From NCBI RefSeq assembly GCF_009914755.1, contig NC_060926.1: 64,000 nt of DNA. One strand, written 5' to 3'. Shown piece by piece: positions 14,384-30,600 of the stretch. This DNA comes from the human T2T-CHM13v2.0 reference genome, Homo sapiens. The position numbers and the translations under genes were made by a program. The notes beneath the pieces were generated by a model, which saw nothing but the letters and a program-made list of their open reading frames with translations, was not told where the DNA came from and searched no databases. Within the stretch, counting starts at the first letter, position 1. Each line of letters begins with the position of its first letter.

Positions 14384-15459
14384 CACATCTTTGGCTTCCA
14401 TGTAAGCCTAGACATCCTCCCACTGTTTCAGGTTTCTCAGTGTTATGCCAAGGAGCTCTTGCAGTGTCTGTTCATTGATTCAGAGATTCGTTCATTGATC
14501 AGGCCTTCACAGTGTTTCAGGAAATGTGAAGAAAATTCCATCTTTGGGTGACCATTAGATGCATGAGACTAATAGGAATTGGAGAAGGAAGAGGTGGTAA
14601 GCCAAGGATAAACACTGCAGATGGTGCCGGAATGGTCTCTAATCTGTCTCAACTAGCAGCTCTGGGGGTTTATGGCAGTTGTCTCTGGGTTTTTATGGTC
14701 AACTGCCATCCTCGTTTTACAAGGGAAGAAAATGGAAGCTGGAGGGTATGGGATTTATTCATTTCCTTGGGCAAGGTCAACAAGGAGAGGCAGTGCTTGA
14801 TAGGAACTGAAGAAACCCCCACACTTTCCTACCTGTGTCCTGCAGAGTCTCCAGAAAATAATATTCAGTCTATAACACCTTCCAAGCTTTTACCAGAATC
14901 AGTCCTCTCTTGAGCAAGCCAGGATCAGAATAGGGCCAGCGCTCAGTCCCAAGAGCTTAGTACCACCATTCTCTGTCTTTACTGGGCACCACGTGCGTGT
15001 GTGTTTGGGGAGAGTATCTGGGGAGGTGATGGGGAAGGGAGAGGCAAACACAGGAAACAGCTCTTTTTGAGCTTGTCTGCAGAGACTGTATTATGAATAT
15101 GAGAGATAGGATTTCCCTCAGTGAGAAATGCATGAGAGAAGCCAGTGTCAAGAGTTTTAGCCTTTCCCAATTCCAAATGCCATGGCAAGGTTTGCAGGAC
15201 CAATCCAGACACCCAGTATCAAAATGTCCAAGGGTGTTTCCCATTCCTCCTTCTTGCTTAGAAGCAGCATCCAGGACCTCTCATAATGGCTGCTTTGGAT
15301 GAGGACAATGGCTTCATTACCCATCCAGGCAGTTTCAGGAGATGGGGTTTCTCCTTTTTGTTTCTTCTATGCCATACCATCAAACCAACTAGTCTTCCTC
15401 AGTATGCTTGTCCTCATTTCTTCCATTGTGTGGAAGCTAAGAAGAGGTGGAATGTAGAG

Positions 15460-15670
15460 AAAAACATGGAGGCAGACTAGATCTGGGTTTGAATCTGTGT
15501 TGCAGGACCTAACAACTGGGCAACTTATATAAATTTACCTATGGCTTTAGAGTCTCAGTTTCCTCATCTGTAAAAAGCAAATAATAAAAATCACCTCAGG
15601 GAGTTATTGTGAGGATTAAAGTCAATGGTTGTATGGTCCTGGTGCATGGTTGGTGCTCACTAAACAGTAT
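15460..15670 (+). mobile_element. MIR
   Basis: tctcagtttcctcatctgtaaaa...ttgtgaggattaaa. Confidence 0.85.
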
Positions 15671-15744
15671 CTGTTATAATAAGGTTCCCACTAAGCTGGC
15701 CTTTCACCTAAATACCTCCTATACAAAAAGATCTGTTTAACTAA

Positions 15745-16560
<816 letters not shown>

Positions 16561-16601
16561 TTTTATTGCTGAAACAGGGAGGATGATTATTAGATACCAA
16601 A

Positions 16602-17037
16602 TGCCAGGTTTGAGTGTGTCCTCCGGAATTCAAGTGATGGAAATTTGGTCACTGATGGGGAAGTGTTGGGATGTGGGGCCTTAAGAGATGATTAGGTTGT
16701 AAAGAGGGATTGATGCCATTCTCACAGGACTGAGTTCATTCTTGAAGGAGTGAGTGAGTTCTCATTATTACAGGACCGGGTTCGTTACTATGAGAGTGTG
16801 TTGTCATAAAGTGAGGCTGCCCCTTGTGTTTTGCCAGTTTTGCCTGTGCCCACTTCTCCTGCTGCTTCTCTGTCATGTTATGATGCAGCACGAGGCCCTT
16901 ACCAGAAGCTGATCACATGTGGTCACCCTGTCTTGGACTTTCCAGCCTCCAGAAACATGAAACCAAACAAACCTCTTTCTTTATAAATTATACAGTCTGT
17001 GGTATTCCATTATAGCAACAGAAAATGGACTAAGACA
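16602..17037 (+). mobile_element. MaLR LTR (MST/MLT1A-type)
   Basis: ttggactttccagcctccagaa...ttatagcaacagaaaatggactaagaca. Confidence 0.8.
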
Positions 17038-18046
17038 TCATTTAACCAATGATCTGCTCCATTTTTTGTCTACAATATCACCACCTCCAAATTTATTGAG
17101 CACCTATTATGTTCTCAGGCTTTGGAGGTACAGACACAATAGTTTAATGTCAACCACTGCAAATTTAGAATCTAAATAATGGATTTTAACTCACAGAGAG
17201 GGGACTCCCAGAAATTTCCTGTGAAGCAAGGAGCTAAAGGGCAAGGCTGAGGTGCCTGGGCCAAGTTCATAAGTATTTATGGCCAGGCAGCTGCAGTTTT
17301 GAAGGCATGGCTTGCTAAGGAGGTGAGGAGCTCCCAATGTTTCAAGCTGGCACTCAGCTCCCAATTACGATTCCACAATTATTAGCTTTGATTCTGTGAG
17401 AAAGGAACACATCAAAGCCAGAATCCGATGAATTAAAATGTTGACTAATAGAGCTAATTATAGTTCAGTCATCTGAATTTTCACACAATGAGCTGAGTTC
17501 TCATGAAAGCCTTCTCTTGGGCAGGAGGCTTTGATGATGAAGCAGCTATTTATGTCCCAGACCTAGTCCTCCTCGCTCTGGCCAGGGGATCTTCACTGAA
17601 GTGCCTTTGGTCAACTCAATCCCTTTATGAGTTTGGCCCCAGGTTTCTTAAAAGCTAAGGAAACACAGTTGAGGTGGAGATTACGAAGATGTTGGGAGCA
17701 AGACTGCCCTGCCTGGAGAAACATCTAACCAGTGTGTCAGGATGTCATGAAAGGATTCTTTTCATTTTCAATTTTATTCCAGATTTTAAAATACTTAGGT
17801 AATTTACATCACCTAATTATACTTTAGGGAGAATCTTCTCAACATGTCTCAGTTATCAGTTGCAGAGTGGTATAATAAATTTTAATCACTGTTTAGATGT
17901 TCTTTGCTGCAGAGTTAATAATATAGACTAAGCCTAAATCTTTGATGAGCTAGAATAGGAGAATTCCAGCTATAAGGTAGCTCTTCCAAGAGAGAATTCA
18001 CTAATTTTAAGCATCAGTTGGGTACCAGAAAAAATGATGTGTTAAG

Positions 18047-18282
18047 GAGTGGTTCTCAACTGGGGAAAATTTTTGGACCCCTCCTCCCTTTACCCCCTGC
18101 CAGGGACATTTGTCAATGTCTGAAGACAGTTTGGGTTGTCACAACTGGGGAGGTGGCAGAATACTATTGGCATCTAAAGGACAGAGATGGTGCTAAATAT
18201 CCCCCCAATGCACAGTTCAGGCCCTCACAATAAAGAACGGTCGGACCCAAAATGTTGATAATGCCAAGGTTGAAAAACCCTG
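18047..18282 (+). mobile_element. MER20 hAT MITE
   Basis: agtggttctcaactgggg...gggacatttgtcaatgtctgaagaca...ggttgaaaaaccctg. Confidence 0.85.
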
Positions 18283-19412
18283 TGTTACAGGGTGAAAGTT
18301 TTCTACTCAACATTAGTCATACATTAAGGTGACAGCATCTTTGCTTAAATGGTGTTACATGCCACCAAAAGATATATTTGGGCAGACTTCTTTACATTTA
18401 GCATTTCTAAAAGAGAGCTAAGAATAAAGAAGTGGGTTGAAGACATGACTGTCGTAGTCTTGAGTCTTATGGGAGATGATTAATTCTTCCTACTCAATAT
18501 GCTTGCTCCTCAGGTAGCCTGTACTTGATGAATGACAGTGATGTCTGTTTATGGATGCACAGGCCCACTGATTAGGCATTCTTCCTGTCTGGATAATTTT
18601 AAAAGTAGGTATATAGAACATGATCCACCCAGTATATTTCTGTCCCCAAAATACCTCTTTATTAAGGAAGTTTTTATTAATCTCTATTATAAATATAATA
18701 TATAAGCAACAAGAAGGTTTAAAATAACACAAGGCCTAGGTACAAATAAATACCCTTGTAATCAGCTGTTATCGAACAGTGCCTACATCAACCAAGACAT
18801 TTTTACCTTATTCCTGACTCTAATCCCTTCCTATGTTATCCATTGTATTTAGAACTTGAAGTTAATTTATCTTTCTACACATTCTTAACGGTAAAGACTT
18901 TCTGTTTTGTCTTATCCTTTTGGAGAAAGGTTACTTCAAAATTGTTTTAATAAATACATAAATATAATTTTAAAAGTTCAATAGTATTAAAAGACCAGTG
19001 AAATTCAGCTGTTTCCTTTTTTATTCTTTCTCCCTCTCCCCAGTCTTGTTTCTTCAGGCATTTACACATTGCCATATGTTAAATAATATGCATGTACTAT
19101 TCTCTTTTGATTAGATAATTTAGATATATGATTTTCCTATTACGGTAAATGAGAATTTAGCACTCTTTTCAGCCATCTCTTCTGTTTTCTCTCCCTAATT
19201 CTCCCTACATAATTATATTATAATTTTTGGTTAATTCACTGTGTGTTTACATTATCATATACATGTAAAAAAAGTGGAGCATTGTAGTGTATTATGATTA
19301 AATTTCTTTGTTGCATTTTGTTTTTCCTGAAGTTAATAATTGCCTTGTGTTTTCATTAGTGACTACTTTAAATTTCTTCCTTTGCAGTCACTTTGATCAA
19401 AAGTATTATACT

Positions 19413-19712
19413 GACTGGGTGCAGTGGCTCATGCCTGTAATCCCAGCACTTTGGGAGGCTGAGGCAGGAGGATCACTTGAGGTCAGGAGTTCAAGACCAA
19501 CCTGGGCAACACAGGGAGACCCTGTCTCTACAAATAATTTTAAAAATTAGCCGGACATAGTGGCACATTCCTGTGGTTCCAGGTACTTAGGAGGTCAGGA
19601 GGAGTGCCTGAGCCTGGGAGGTTGAGGCTGCAGTGAGCTGCGATCTTGCCACCGCACTCTAGCCTGGGTGACAGAGTAAAATGCTGTCTCCAAAAAAAAA
19701 AAAAAAAAAAAA
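19413..19712 (+). mobile_element. AluJ
   Basis: Dimer with A tail. Confidence 0.92.
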
Positions 19713-19918
19713 GCATTGTACTTGTCACGTAATTTCTCTTTATCTAGCTGACATTTAGCTAACATTTTAAAGTTTTGGCCCCTGGATGTCATCTCTCTCA
19801 TGAATCACTAAAAAGAGACTAACCTAGAGGCACAGCCCATTTGCCATATTAGCTTTATTTTCCCGAAATGGGTCATTCTTCAATCAGGGGTTTTCATTGC
19901 CATTTAAAAACCTACCTC

Positions 19919-20218
19919 TGCCAGGCAATGTGGTTGATGCCTATAATCCCTGCACTTTGGGAGGCTGAGGCAGATGGATTGCTTGAGGCCAGGAGTTCGA
20001 GACCACCCTTGGCAACATGGCAAAACCCCATCTCTACAAAAAATACAAAACTTAGCTGGGTGTGGTGATGCACGCCTGTAGTCCCAGCTACTCAGGAGGC
20101 TGAGATGGGAGGATCACTTGAGTCCAGGAGGTTGAGGCTGTGGTGAGCCATGACTGAGACACTGCGCTCCAGCCTGGATGACAGCAGGAGAGCCTGTCTC
20201 AAAAAAAATAATAATAAT
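19919..20218 (+). mobile_element. AluJ
   Basis: Dimer with A tail. Confidence 0.92.
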
Positions 20219-21986
20219 GACGTTAAAGAAGTAGCAACCCTCTTCTGGCTTCTGGCTTCATTGAGAATGGTCTATCACATCCTCAGGATTTATTGCCCTA
20301 TTCCTATAGTCTGCTCTATTAGGATCTATGCGGTTGCCAATATCTGAACCCCCAAGCTGGTATTCCTGGCCCCAAGTGCGAGAGGATCTGTCATAGAAGA
20401 TGAGAACTCCGATATTGAGGAGATGGAACCTCACTAAAAATAGGCATGTTTCAATTCCTCCAGAGAAAAGGCCTCATTCAGCAGAGCATCTCCATCAGAA
20501 GAGCTCCTCTCCTGAAGTATGCTGGCGTCTCATGGTGCTGATGGCGGCTTCCTGACTTAGCTGATTTAGCTCTGATCTGCCCACTCTTGGAGAATGCTTG
20601 ATCATGGATCATGGCAGCTTCTTGGTGATAACTGGCCTTAGTCTGCCAAGCCTATGTCTATTCCTGTACCCCTTCTTATAAAATTTCTTCCCATCCAAAA
20701 TCAAGTAGTTGAGGGAGGAAGTCAAGCAGTCTACCTTAAAAAATTTTAAAGCATCCAGGTCTTCCCCCAAACTCAATAACGCTTGCTTCTAACAGAACAA
20801 CAGGCACACACACGCACGCTGAGGCTCAGTAACACTATCTCTTCCTCAGCGATGACCCTGGGTTTCTACTTCTGTATCTCTGCTCACTTCTCAACACAGA
20901 ACAAAGGGATTTTTGTGGGGGCAGACACACCCCACATTCCTAGTTTACAGAATTTATTTTTGGCCAGAGCTGCATTTAGCAATATATGAGCAACTCTACT
21001 AGTAATAAGGAGAGGAAGAAGAGAAGGCGTATGTGTGGATTTATCTTCCTAGGGCTGTGTGGCTCAGGTTAATATTTAAAATGGTCTTGCATTCTCTGAG
21101 CACACACTGACTGTCTGATGGGGGAGGCGATGAGGAGAGGGACAGGTGGCATGGGGAAAGCTGACCTAGGATTAAAAATTAATTGTGCTCAATTTTCAAA
21201 TCAGATCATTGTAGACAGATGGCTATGAATTTTAATGTGATTTCATGTTTAACTTTTTTTTGAGGAGATTTAAACTCTATTATTCACCAGCTAGGCAATT
21301 TATGAACTCACATTTCAGCTTTAATTCTACCCCATCACAAGCAGAATTATAGGGCTGGAAAAACTCCACCAATCATCCTCTGTTTGAAAGAACCACACCC
21401 AAAGCCAACCAAGGCAACAGGGATCCCTAACACATCTTCTATGCCTTCTAATTTAAGGTATTCCACAGCCAGTTTCTCTTAGGAGCAAATTCTGGTGTTC
21501 TGCATTTCTATTCTGTCAGCCTCTGCTATGTTCCCTCTTCCCCTGCTCCATGAAGCTGGGTAGACAGAGAAGGCTTCCACCCACCCCAAGGCTTCATCAG
21601 TTTCAGCCTCAGCCTTAACATCGCATGGGGCCTGACATCCTGTTCTGTGGGCTGTGAAGTCAGTCATGCTGAATCGGGCCACAACCCTGCAACAAAAGGG
21701 AGGGAGAGTAAACAGGGAGAATCCTGCCCACTTAGGGTATAGGACTTGGGCTGGAAGGAACGAACCCAATCCCAGAGACTGGCCTCCAACAGAACTTGGC
21801 CTATTCAAGATGTGGTACCCAAAGGGCAAAGAAAGCTTTGGACAAACAGTGATATTAGGGGGTCCTATTTGGATGGTGGTGTATAGCAGGGAGGGATTCC
21901 AGGCGGCAGCAATAAGGCAGGAATTAAATGCAGCAGAGTTGTGGTTCTGGAAGAGCTGAACACTCATGGAGTATATTGGCAAGTAG

Positions 21987-22375
<389 letters not shown>

Positions 22376-22478
22376 TAAGCAGGGGATCAAAATAGCCTTC
22401 AAGCTCTGGAGGGAAAGTGGGGCCCCTTGGAGCAGTCATTATAGATGCAGCGCTGCTCATCCTGCCTACTCTGCCTGA

Positions 22479-23630
<1,152 letters not shown>

Positions 23631-23679
23631 GGGTTTGTTTTTTTTTTGCTGAGGAGCAGTTCTGCAATGGCGAGATGAT

Positions 23680-23880
23680 GGCCTTCGGAATCAACCAGAT
23701 CTGTGTTTGAAAACCAAATGTAGGTTAACACACCCTGGGCATGAGTATCATCTCAGGATCTCTGTCTCATTAACTATGAAATAATAGCACTTCCTCCTAA
23801 GCAGTTGTCAGGATTAAATGTGGTAATAACACAAAGCACTTGGCATTGAGCCTGACACATCGTAGATGCTCAATATCGTT
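23680..23880 (+). mobile_element. MIR
   Basis: gttgtcaggattaaatg...gatgctcaata. Confidence 0.6.
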
Positions 23881-25299
23881 GGATGAAAAAGTTCAGGAGG
23901 AGAAGCTCCAAATAGGCTTATGGGCTTGTGGTCAGTCATGAGAGAGGCTTATGTGAGTCACCGTGGCCTTGGCCAGCAAGGCAGAGAGACAGCAGAGCTG
24001 GGTGGAGTTGAGGTCAGAGCCTTTGTCTAGGGAGGAAATGCTAACTGAGCAGGAGCCAGGCAGCAACCAAGACTGATGAACAGCAAGACAGGGAAGACAG
24101 AAAGTTAATGCAGGAGGCCTCGGTGAGATTGCATGGCAGCATCTGGCTGGGCCCTTACTGAAGGTTCATGGCCCAGCTCAAAAGGGCAGGCTTGCCAAAT
24201 GCTTTAAGCCAGCACTGGGCATTAGGAAGCACATTCTCACCCTCAGTCTTGAAGCTTTGGCCAACACTCTTGCCTGATCCCCATCTCCAGAGGTTTGGCT
24301 TCAGGTGCTCTAAGGTAGGCCCAGGATCGGGCATTTTTAGAAGCTCTTCAGAGAATTCACGTGCATTGAAGGCTAAGAATCATCACTCTAGAGTGAAGGC
24401 AGCCCTGTACAGATTGGGGAAGGAAGCACCACATCTCAAAGGCTACATGGTCACTGGGTTTGCCCCTGGGCCTCTAGGCTGTTTTCACTGATGATAACTG
24501 AGGGGATCAAGGGTGGAAGGTGGCTGCTACTCACTCACCTACCCTGGTGAGGACTAGCTTAGCTAGATCAAGTGTGAGGGAGCAGAGGAAGACAGAGAAG
24601 AAACAACGAGGCTGGGATGAATGCACATCCTTCCTTATCTCAGAATCCCAGCCTGCCTGCCCAGCCCCTCCCCAGAGGAGATCAGTTGCTCTTTGAGAGG
24701 TAGGAAATCCTTTGGGAGGTGATGGGATGGAGAAACACCTTCTCTTCCTTTGTATTTATTCCAGTGGTAGAGGGGGAGGCCAACGGGAAGTTGCTTTTAC
24801 TTCTCCTGGGGAATAGCTCAGAGATAGCAGTTTAGAACTCAAGGCCATTCAGATAATTTAAAGAATTTTTTAAGATAAGAAATGAATCCCCAGCCAGATG
24901 CAGTGTACTCTTAGTTTGAAGAGGTCATAAAACAGAATGAGAACAAAGTCTTATTAGAAAATTAGAATCAACTGACATTTATTTGAAAAATGCCTACTTC
25001 TCTGCTCTGTGGATTTCTACAATCTGTGTATCTGCTCTTTTCAAAAGTAATCCAGAAGATACATATATTATAGTTCACAAGGAACAGACCCACGAAGAAG
25101 TGGCATCGCAAAGCGACTTTCAGTAAAACTATCCTTTATTCGACCACCTTGGTTCTCACTAGACCCTGCAAATGTTTGATCATGCAAACATGATCAAGCA
25201 TCATTGATCATGGGTCTATGCAATTCAAGCAGTCTCTTTCTTAATCCCAGCATAGAAAAGATGAAAAGAATAGCCATGAATCAGTAAGAAGTACAAGTG

Positions 25300-25595
25300 G
25301 GCCCGGCACGGTGGCTGACGCCTGTAATCTCAGCACTTTGGGAGGCTGAGCGGGTGGATCACAAGGTCAGGAGTTCAAGAACAGTGTGGCCAAGATGGTG
25401 AAACCCCATCTCTACTAAAAATACAAAAATTAGCCAGGTGTGGTGGTGGGCGCCTGTAATCCTGTCTACTCGGGAGGCTGAGGCAGAGAAGTGCTTGAAC
25501 CCAGGAGGCGGAAGTTGTAGTGAGCAGAGACCACACCACTGCACTCCAGCCTAGGCGACAGAGCAAGACTCCATCTCAAAAATAAATAAACAAAT
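25300..25595 (+). mobile_element. AluS
   Basis: Dimer with TSD aagaagtacaagtgg. Confidence 0.95.
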
Positions 25596-25608
25596 AAGAA
25601 GTACAAGT

Positions 25609-25900
25609 GGGCTGGACATGGTGGCTCACACCTGCAATCTTAGCACTTTGGAAGGCCAAGGCAGGAAAATCACCTGAGCCCAGGAGTTCAAGACCAGCCT
25701 GGGTAACATAGCGAGACCCCATCTCTACAAAAAAATTTTTTAAATTAGCCAGATGTGATGGCACACACCTGTGGTCCCAGCTACTTGGGAGGCTGAGGTG
25801 TGCAGATTGCTTGGGCCCGAGGGGTTGAGGCTGCAATTGTGCCACTGCACTCTGCCTGGGCAACAGAGTGAGACCCTGTATCAAAGAAAAAAAGAAGAAG
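25609..25900 (+). mobile_element. AluJ
   Basis: Dimer with the same TSD. Confidence 0.92.
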
Positions 25901-27602
25901 AAGAAGTACAAGTGGCATCCCCTCCCATCAGCCGTCAGTGCAGAGGCAAAGCCCTGAGCGGGAGAGCACATGAAATAAAAAGTAACACAAGGCATGAGGT
26001 CTACTTGTTTCTAACTTCTATGTGTGTTTCTATCTCCCCAGCCCCCTACCCTCAACACCCTTCACCGATGTGCACCTATATAAACACCTATTCCTCTTAC
26101 CACCTTACACTAAAATCCCTTCTATACAAGAACTATAGCTTTGTGTCAACAAAGCATTGCACCCCTATGCCAAAAACAAACAAACAAACAAAAAACCTTA
26201 GAAATGTTGTCATGTGGTTCGTAATCTTCCTGGAACTTACCTAATTGTAAAAAGACCCGAAAATAAAAGGACTTCTGTTCCCTATGGGCAGAGAAGTGAC
26301 GTAGACTATTTTATAGTTCAATCATCTCTTCCTTTCTGGAAATTAACAGCTCGAGTCTCTATTGATTTAACATGCTGTCCCTGTGATACAGTGGGGGGTT
26401 CACACAAGTAATGAGGACAGGCCGTTCTGTGATTATTGAATCCTTCTTGTTCTTTGTTTCGTAATTTTCTCTACATGATAACAACTCCAATACATGGAAT
26501 AATCTACTAAAGGGAACGAGACCAACATCTGCATGTCCTCTTGTATTTTGAAGATATAGACTGAAACATACTGTAGAAATAAGGAGATTTCAGTCTGTGT
26601 CATTGCATTGTGCTTCTGAACCACAGATATTCTTGTGAAAGAGCAGGCTCTGCAATACATTAGGACAATAAGCAAGTGCCTGGGCAGGAAATAGAGGGAG
26701 GAATGAATATACTCCTTGATTTTCTTTCCTGGGTCTCTGACTCTTTGTTTCAGAGTACTCTGAGGCTGTGTTTGCTGGGGATGATATCAACTTGCTGTGG
26801 GTAGAAATTATGACGGTGGCCTAAATTAGGCACCATGACTTCAGTGTTGGGATGAAGCGGAGGAGGGAGGAGAGGAGGCCAGAGCTGCTGTTTAAAGTAC
26901 ACTAAATGGAGTAACTGTCAGGATCGATCAGTTACTTTGTACCAAATTGAATCTTCAGGGATGATTCTTCCCTTTGTTTTGAGGAAGGAAGAAGCAAAGT
27001 CCTTTATTCCTCATGATTTTAAGGACAAGGGAAAGTCTTCCAAATTGTGAGAGGGGAGAAAATAAAAAGAGAAGCCTCGTTACCCTGACTACTTAGCAAA
27101 TGTTCAATGAGCATCTTCTATGTGCGGAAGCCTGAGCTGGCAATGCAGGAGAAGCCCTGTCTCTGCTGTGGAACGGGGAATCGTGTGGGTGGAGAGGTCA
27201 CCATGACATCCTGGCTTGTACCATGTTTGGACAGTGTTTCAGTCTCACACACTATTACAAGTCAGTAAAATTGGCTTCCGCAATCCTCCTCCCCACGCTT
27301 ACCTTGTCTGGGGTCATCCCTGTGTGGTCTTCAGGTTTTGCCCCATTGCCTCCCAACCTGGACCCTCCCCTTTCATTTTCCCCTCCCTGAGTGCACCATC
27401 ATTCTTTCTCTCACTTAAATGCTGCATGGGGCAGTGGAAAGAACATCGGTCTGCCCTCACTGGCTAAACTTTGATAAGTCGTTTCATTTCTTTGAGGTTC
27501 AATATTTCCTGTAAATAACAATAGCAACACTTGTGAGGATTACATGAAATAATGATTGTGAAATTCATTATAGCTAACCTTTTTTTCACTTTTAAAAAAA
27601 TA

Positions 27603-27890
27603 GGCCGGGCGCAGTGGCTCACGCCTGTAATCCCAGAGCTTTGGGAGGCTGAGGTGGGTAGATCACTTGAGGTCAGGAGTTTGAGACCAGCCTGGTCAAC
27701 ATGGTGAAACCCAGTCTCTACTAAAAGTACAAAAATTAGCCGGGCATGGTGGTATGAACCTGTGAGCCCGGCTACTTGGGAGGCTGAGGCACGAGAATCG
27801 TTTGAACCCGGGAGGCGGAGTCTGTGGTGAGCCAAATGCCACTGCACTCCAGCCTGGGTGACAGAGTAAGACTCTGTCTCAAAAAAAAAA
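27603..27890 (+). mobile_element. AluS
   Basis: Full dimer followed by (TA)(GA) repeat. Confidence 0.95.
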
Positions 27891-27911
27891 ATTATATATA
27901 TAGAGAGAGAG

Positions 27912-27942
<31 letters not shown>
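27891..27942. repeat. (TA)n(GA)n microsatellite
   Basis: Directly visible. Confidence 0.9.
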
Positions 27943-27944
27943 CT

Positions 27945-28032
27945 CTGGTCTCCAACTTCTGAGCTCAAGTGATCCTCCCACCTTGGCCTCCCAAAGTGCT
28001 GGGATTACAGGCATGAACCACTGCACCAGGCC
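27945..28032 (-). mobile_element. Alu left-arm fragment
   Basis: ctggtctccaacttctgagctcaag...caccaggcc. Confidence 0.85.
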
Positions 28033-28079
28033 ATGATAGTTAATCTTTACAGAAGATTTGGCACATGCAGACATCATGC

Positions 28080-28285
28080 TGAATGCTCGGTGTACAATAT
28101 CCCATGTCATCCTCCCAACAGTCAGTAATGCAGGCATTCTCTTCCTCATTTACAGGGAGGAAACTGAGGCTGAGACTCAGTAACTTTCTCAAGTCACACA
28201 GCCAGTTTGTGGAAGTGTCAAGATTGAATCAGTTTGTGTCTTATTCCAAAGTCCATGCTAGTAACCACAATACCACACTGCCTCT
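28080..28285 (-). mobile_element. MIR
   Basis: catttacagggaggaaactgaggctgaga. Confidence 0.8.
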
Positions 28286-28828
28286 GTAAATGACCCTGTA
28301 AAATGTTATGTCAACAGAAGATAATTTTTACTAGAATCACAGCTAACACATAGTACCATTCCTTTGTAGACAAATTTGAATGTACCAAAGATCACATCAT
28401 TTACAGATTTTTTTTAAATTCAGGGCAATTAATTTACATACAACCACAGGCTTGTACAGGTGAAAGGGACCTTTGAGATGATCTAGGCTTGTGGTTTTCA
28501 AATTTTGCTTCTCAGAGGCCACATATCAAGCTCGGCTTTGATCTGTTTTAGAATGCAGTGTTATTTGTAAGCAGCATTTTGTCTGAAGAATGGTTCTATA
28601 GCTTATTCTTTTCTAATCCACACTATTGTTATACAGTGGCCTTTTTTGTGGCATTTTACTGAAGTCTTTAAAGACAAAAAGAGGCCCAAGTTTTCCTGAC
28701 TTCTGATCCAGGAGTCTCTCCATTCCTCAGCCCTATCTCTTGACACACTGTGTCCAATGCAGTAAAGCATTGAGAATATTAAAAATTAATAATCAAGAAG
28801 GACTTTTGGAAAGAAATCTCTCTCTCTC

Positions 28829-29133
28829 TTTTTTTTTTTTTTTTTTGAGACAGAGTTTCACTCTTGTTGCCCAGGCTAGAGTGCAGTGGCGTGATCTCGG
28901 CTCATCGCAACCTCTGCCTCCCTGGTCCTTGTTGAAGCAGTTCTCCGCCTCAGCCTACTGAGTAGCTGGGATTACAGGCACGCGCCACCATGCCCAGCTA
29001 ATTTTTGTATTTTTAGTAGAGACGGGGTTTCACCATGTTGGCCAGGCTGGTCTCGGACTCCTGACCTCGTGATCCGCCCGCTTCAGCCTCCCAAAGTGCT
29101 GAGATTACAGGCGTGAGCCACCGCACCTGGCCC
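28829..29133 (-). mobile_element. AluS
   Basis: Antisense dimer. Confidence 0.95.
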
Positions 29134-29324
29134 GGAAAGAAATATCTTAAGAGAGCAAATAGGTCTTGCTGATCTAAGTAAAGGCAATGTAAGTCTCAAC
29201 CACAAGAAAATGAGGCATGGTAATGGGAATAAGAAAAAAAGATTCTGAGGAGGCTTGGAAATGATGGCAGCAACGAGTATTATGGAAGTTGTGTCCTATG
29301 AGAATAAACAGAAAAATACCATTT

Positions 29325-30170
<846 letters not shown>

Positions 30171-30216
30171 ATTTCATGAGGTCTTTAGGTTCATCCATTC
30201 ATTCCACCATCATTTA

Positions 30217-30600
<384 letters not shown>

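Larger units (their letters stand above)
25068..26679 (-). pseudogene. Possible relic exons (26679-26572, 26281-26241, 25165-25068) of an unidentified gene
   Basis: AG/GT boundaries with compatible phases give about 81 open codons; no homolog recognised. Confidence 0.25.

Noticed and set aside
24533-24620. Perfect AG|GTGAGT donor with upstream pyrimidine tract on the minus strand
   Set aside because: The implied micro-exon is ambiguous and stop-rich; such motifs occur by chance
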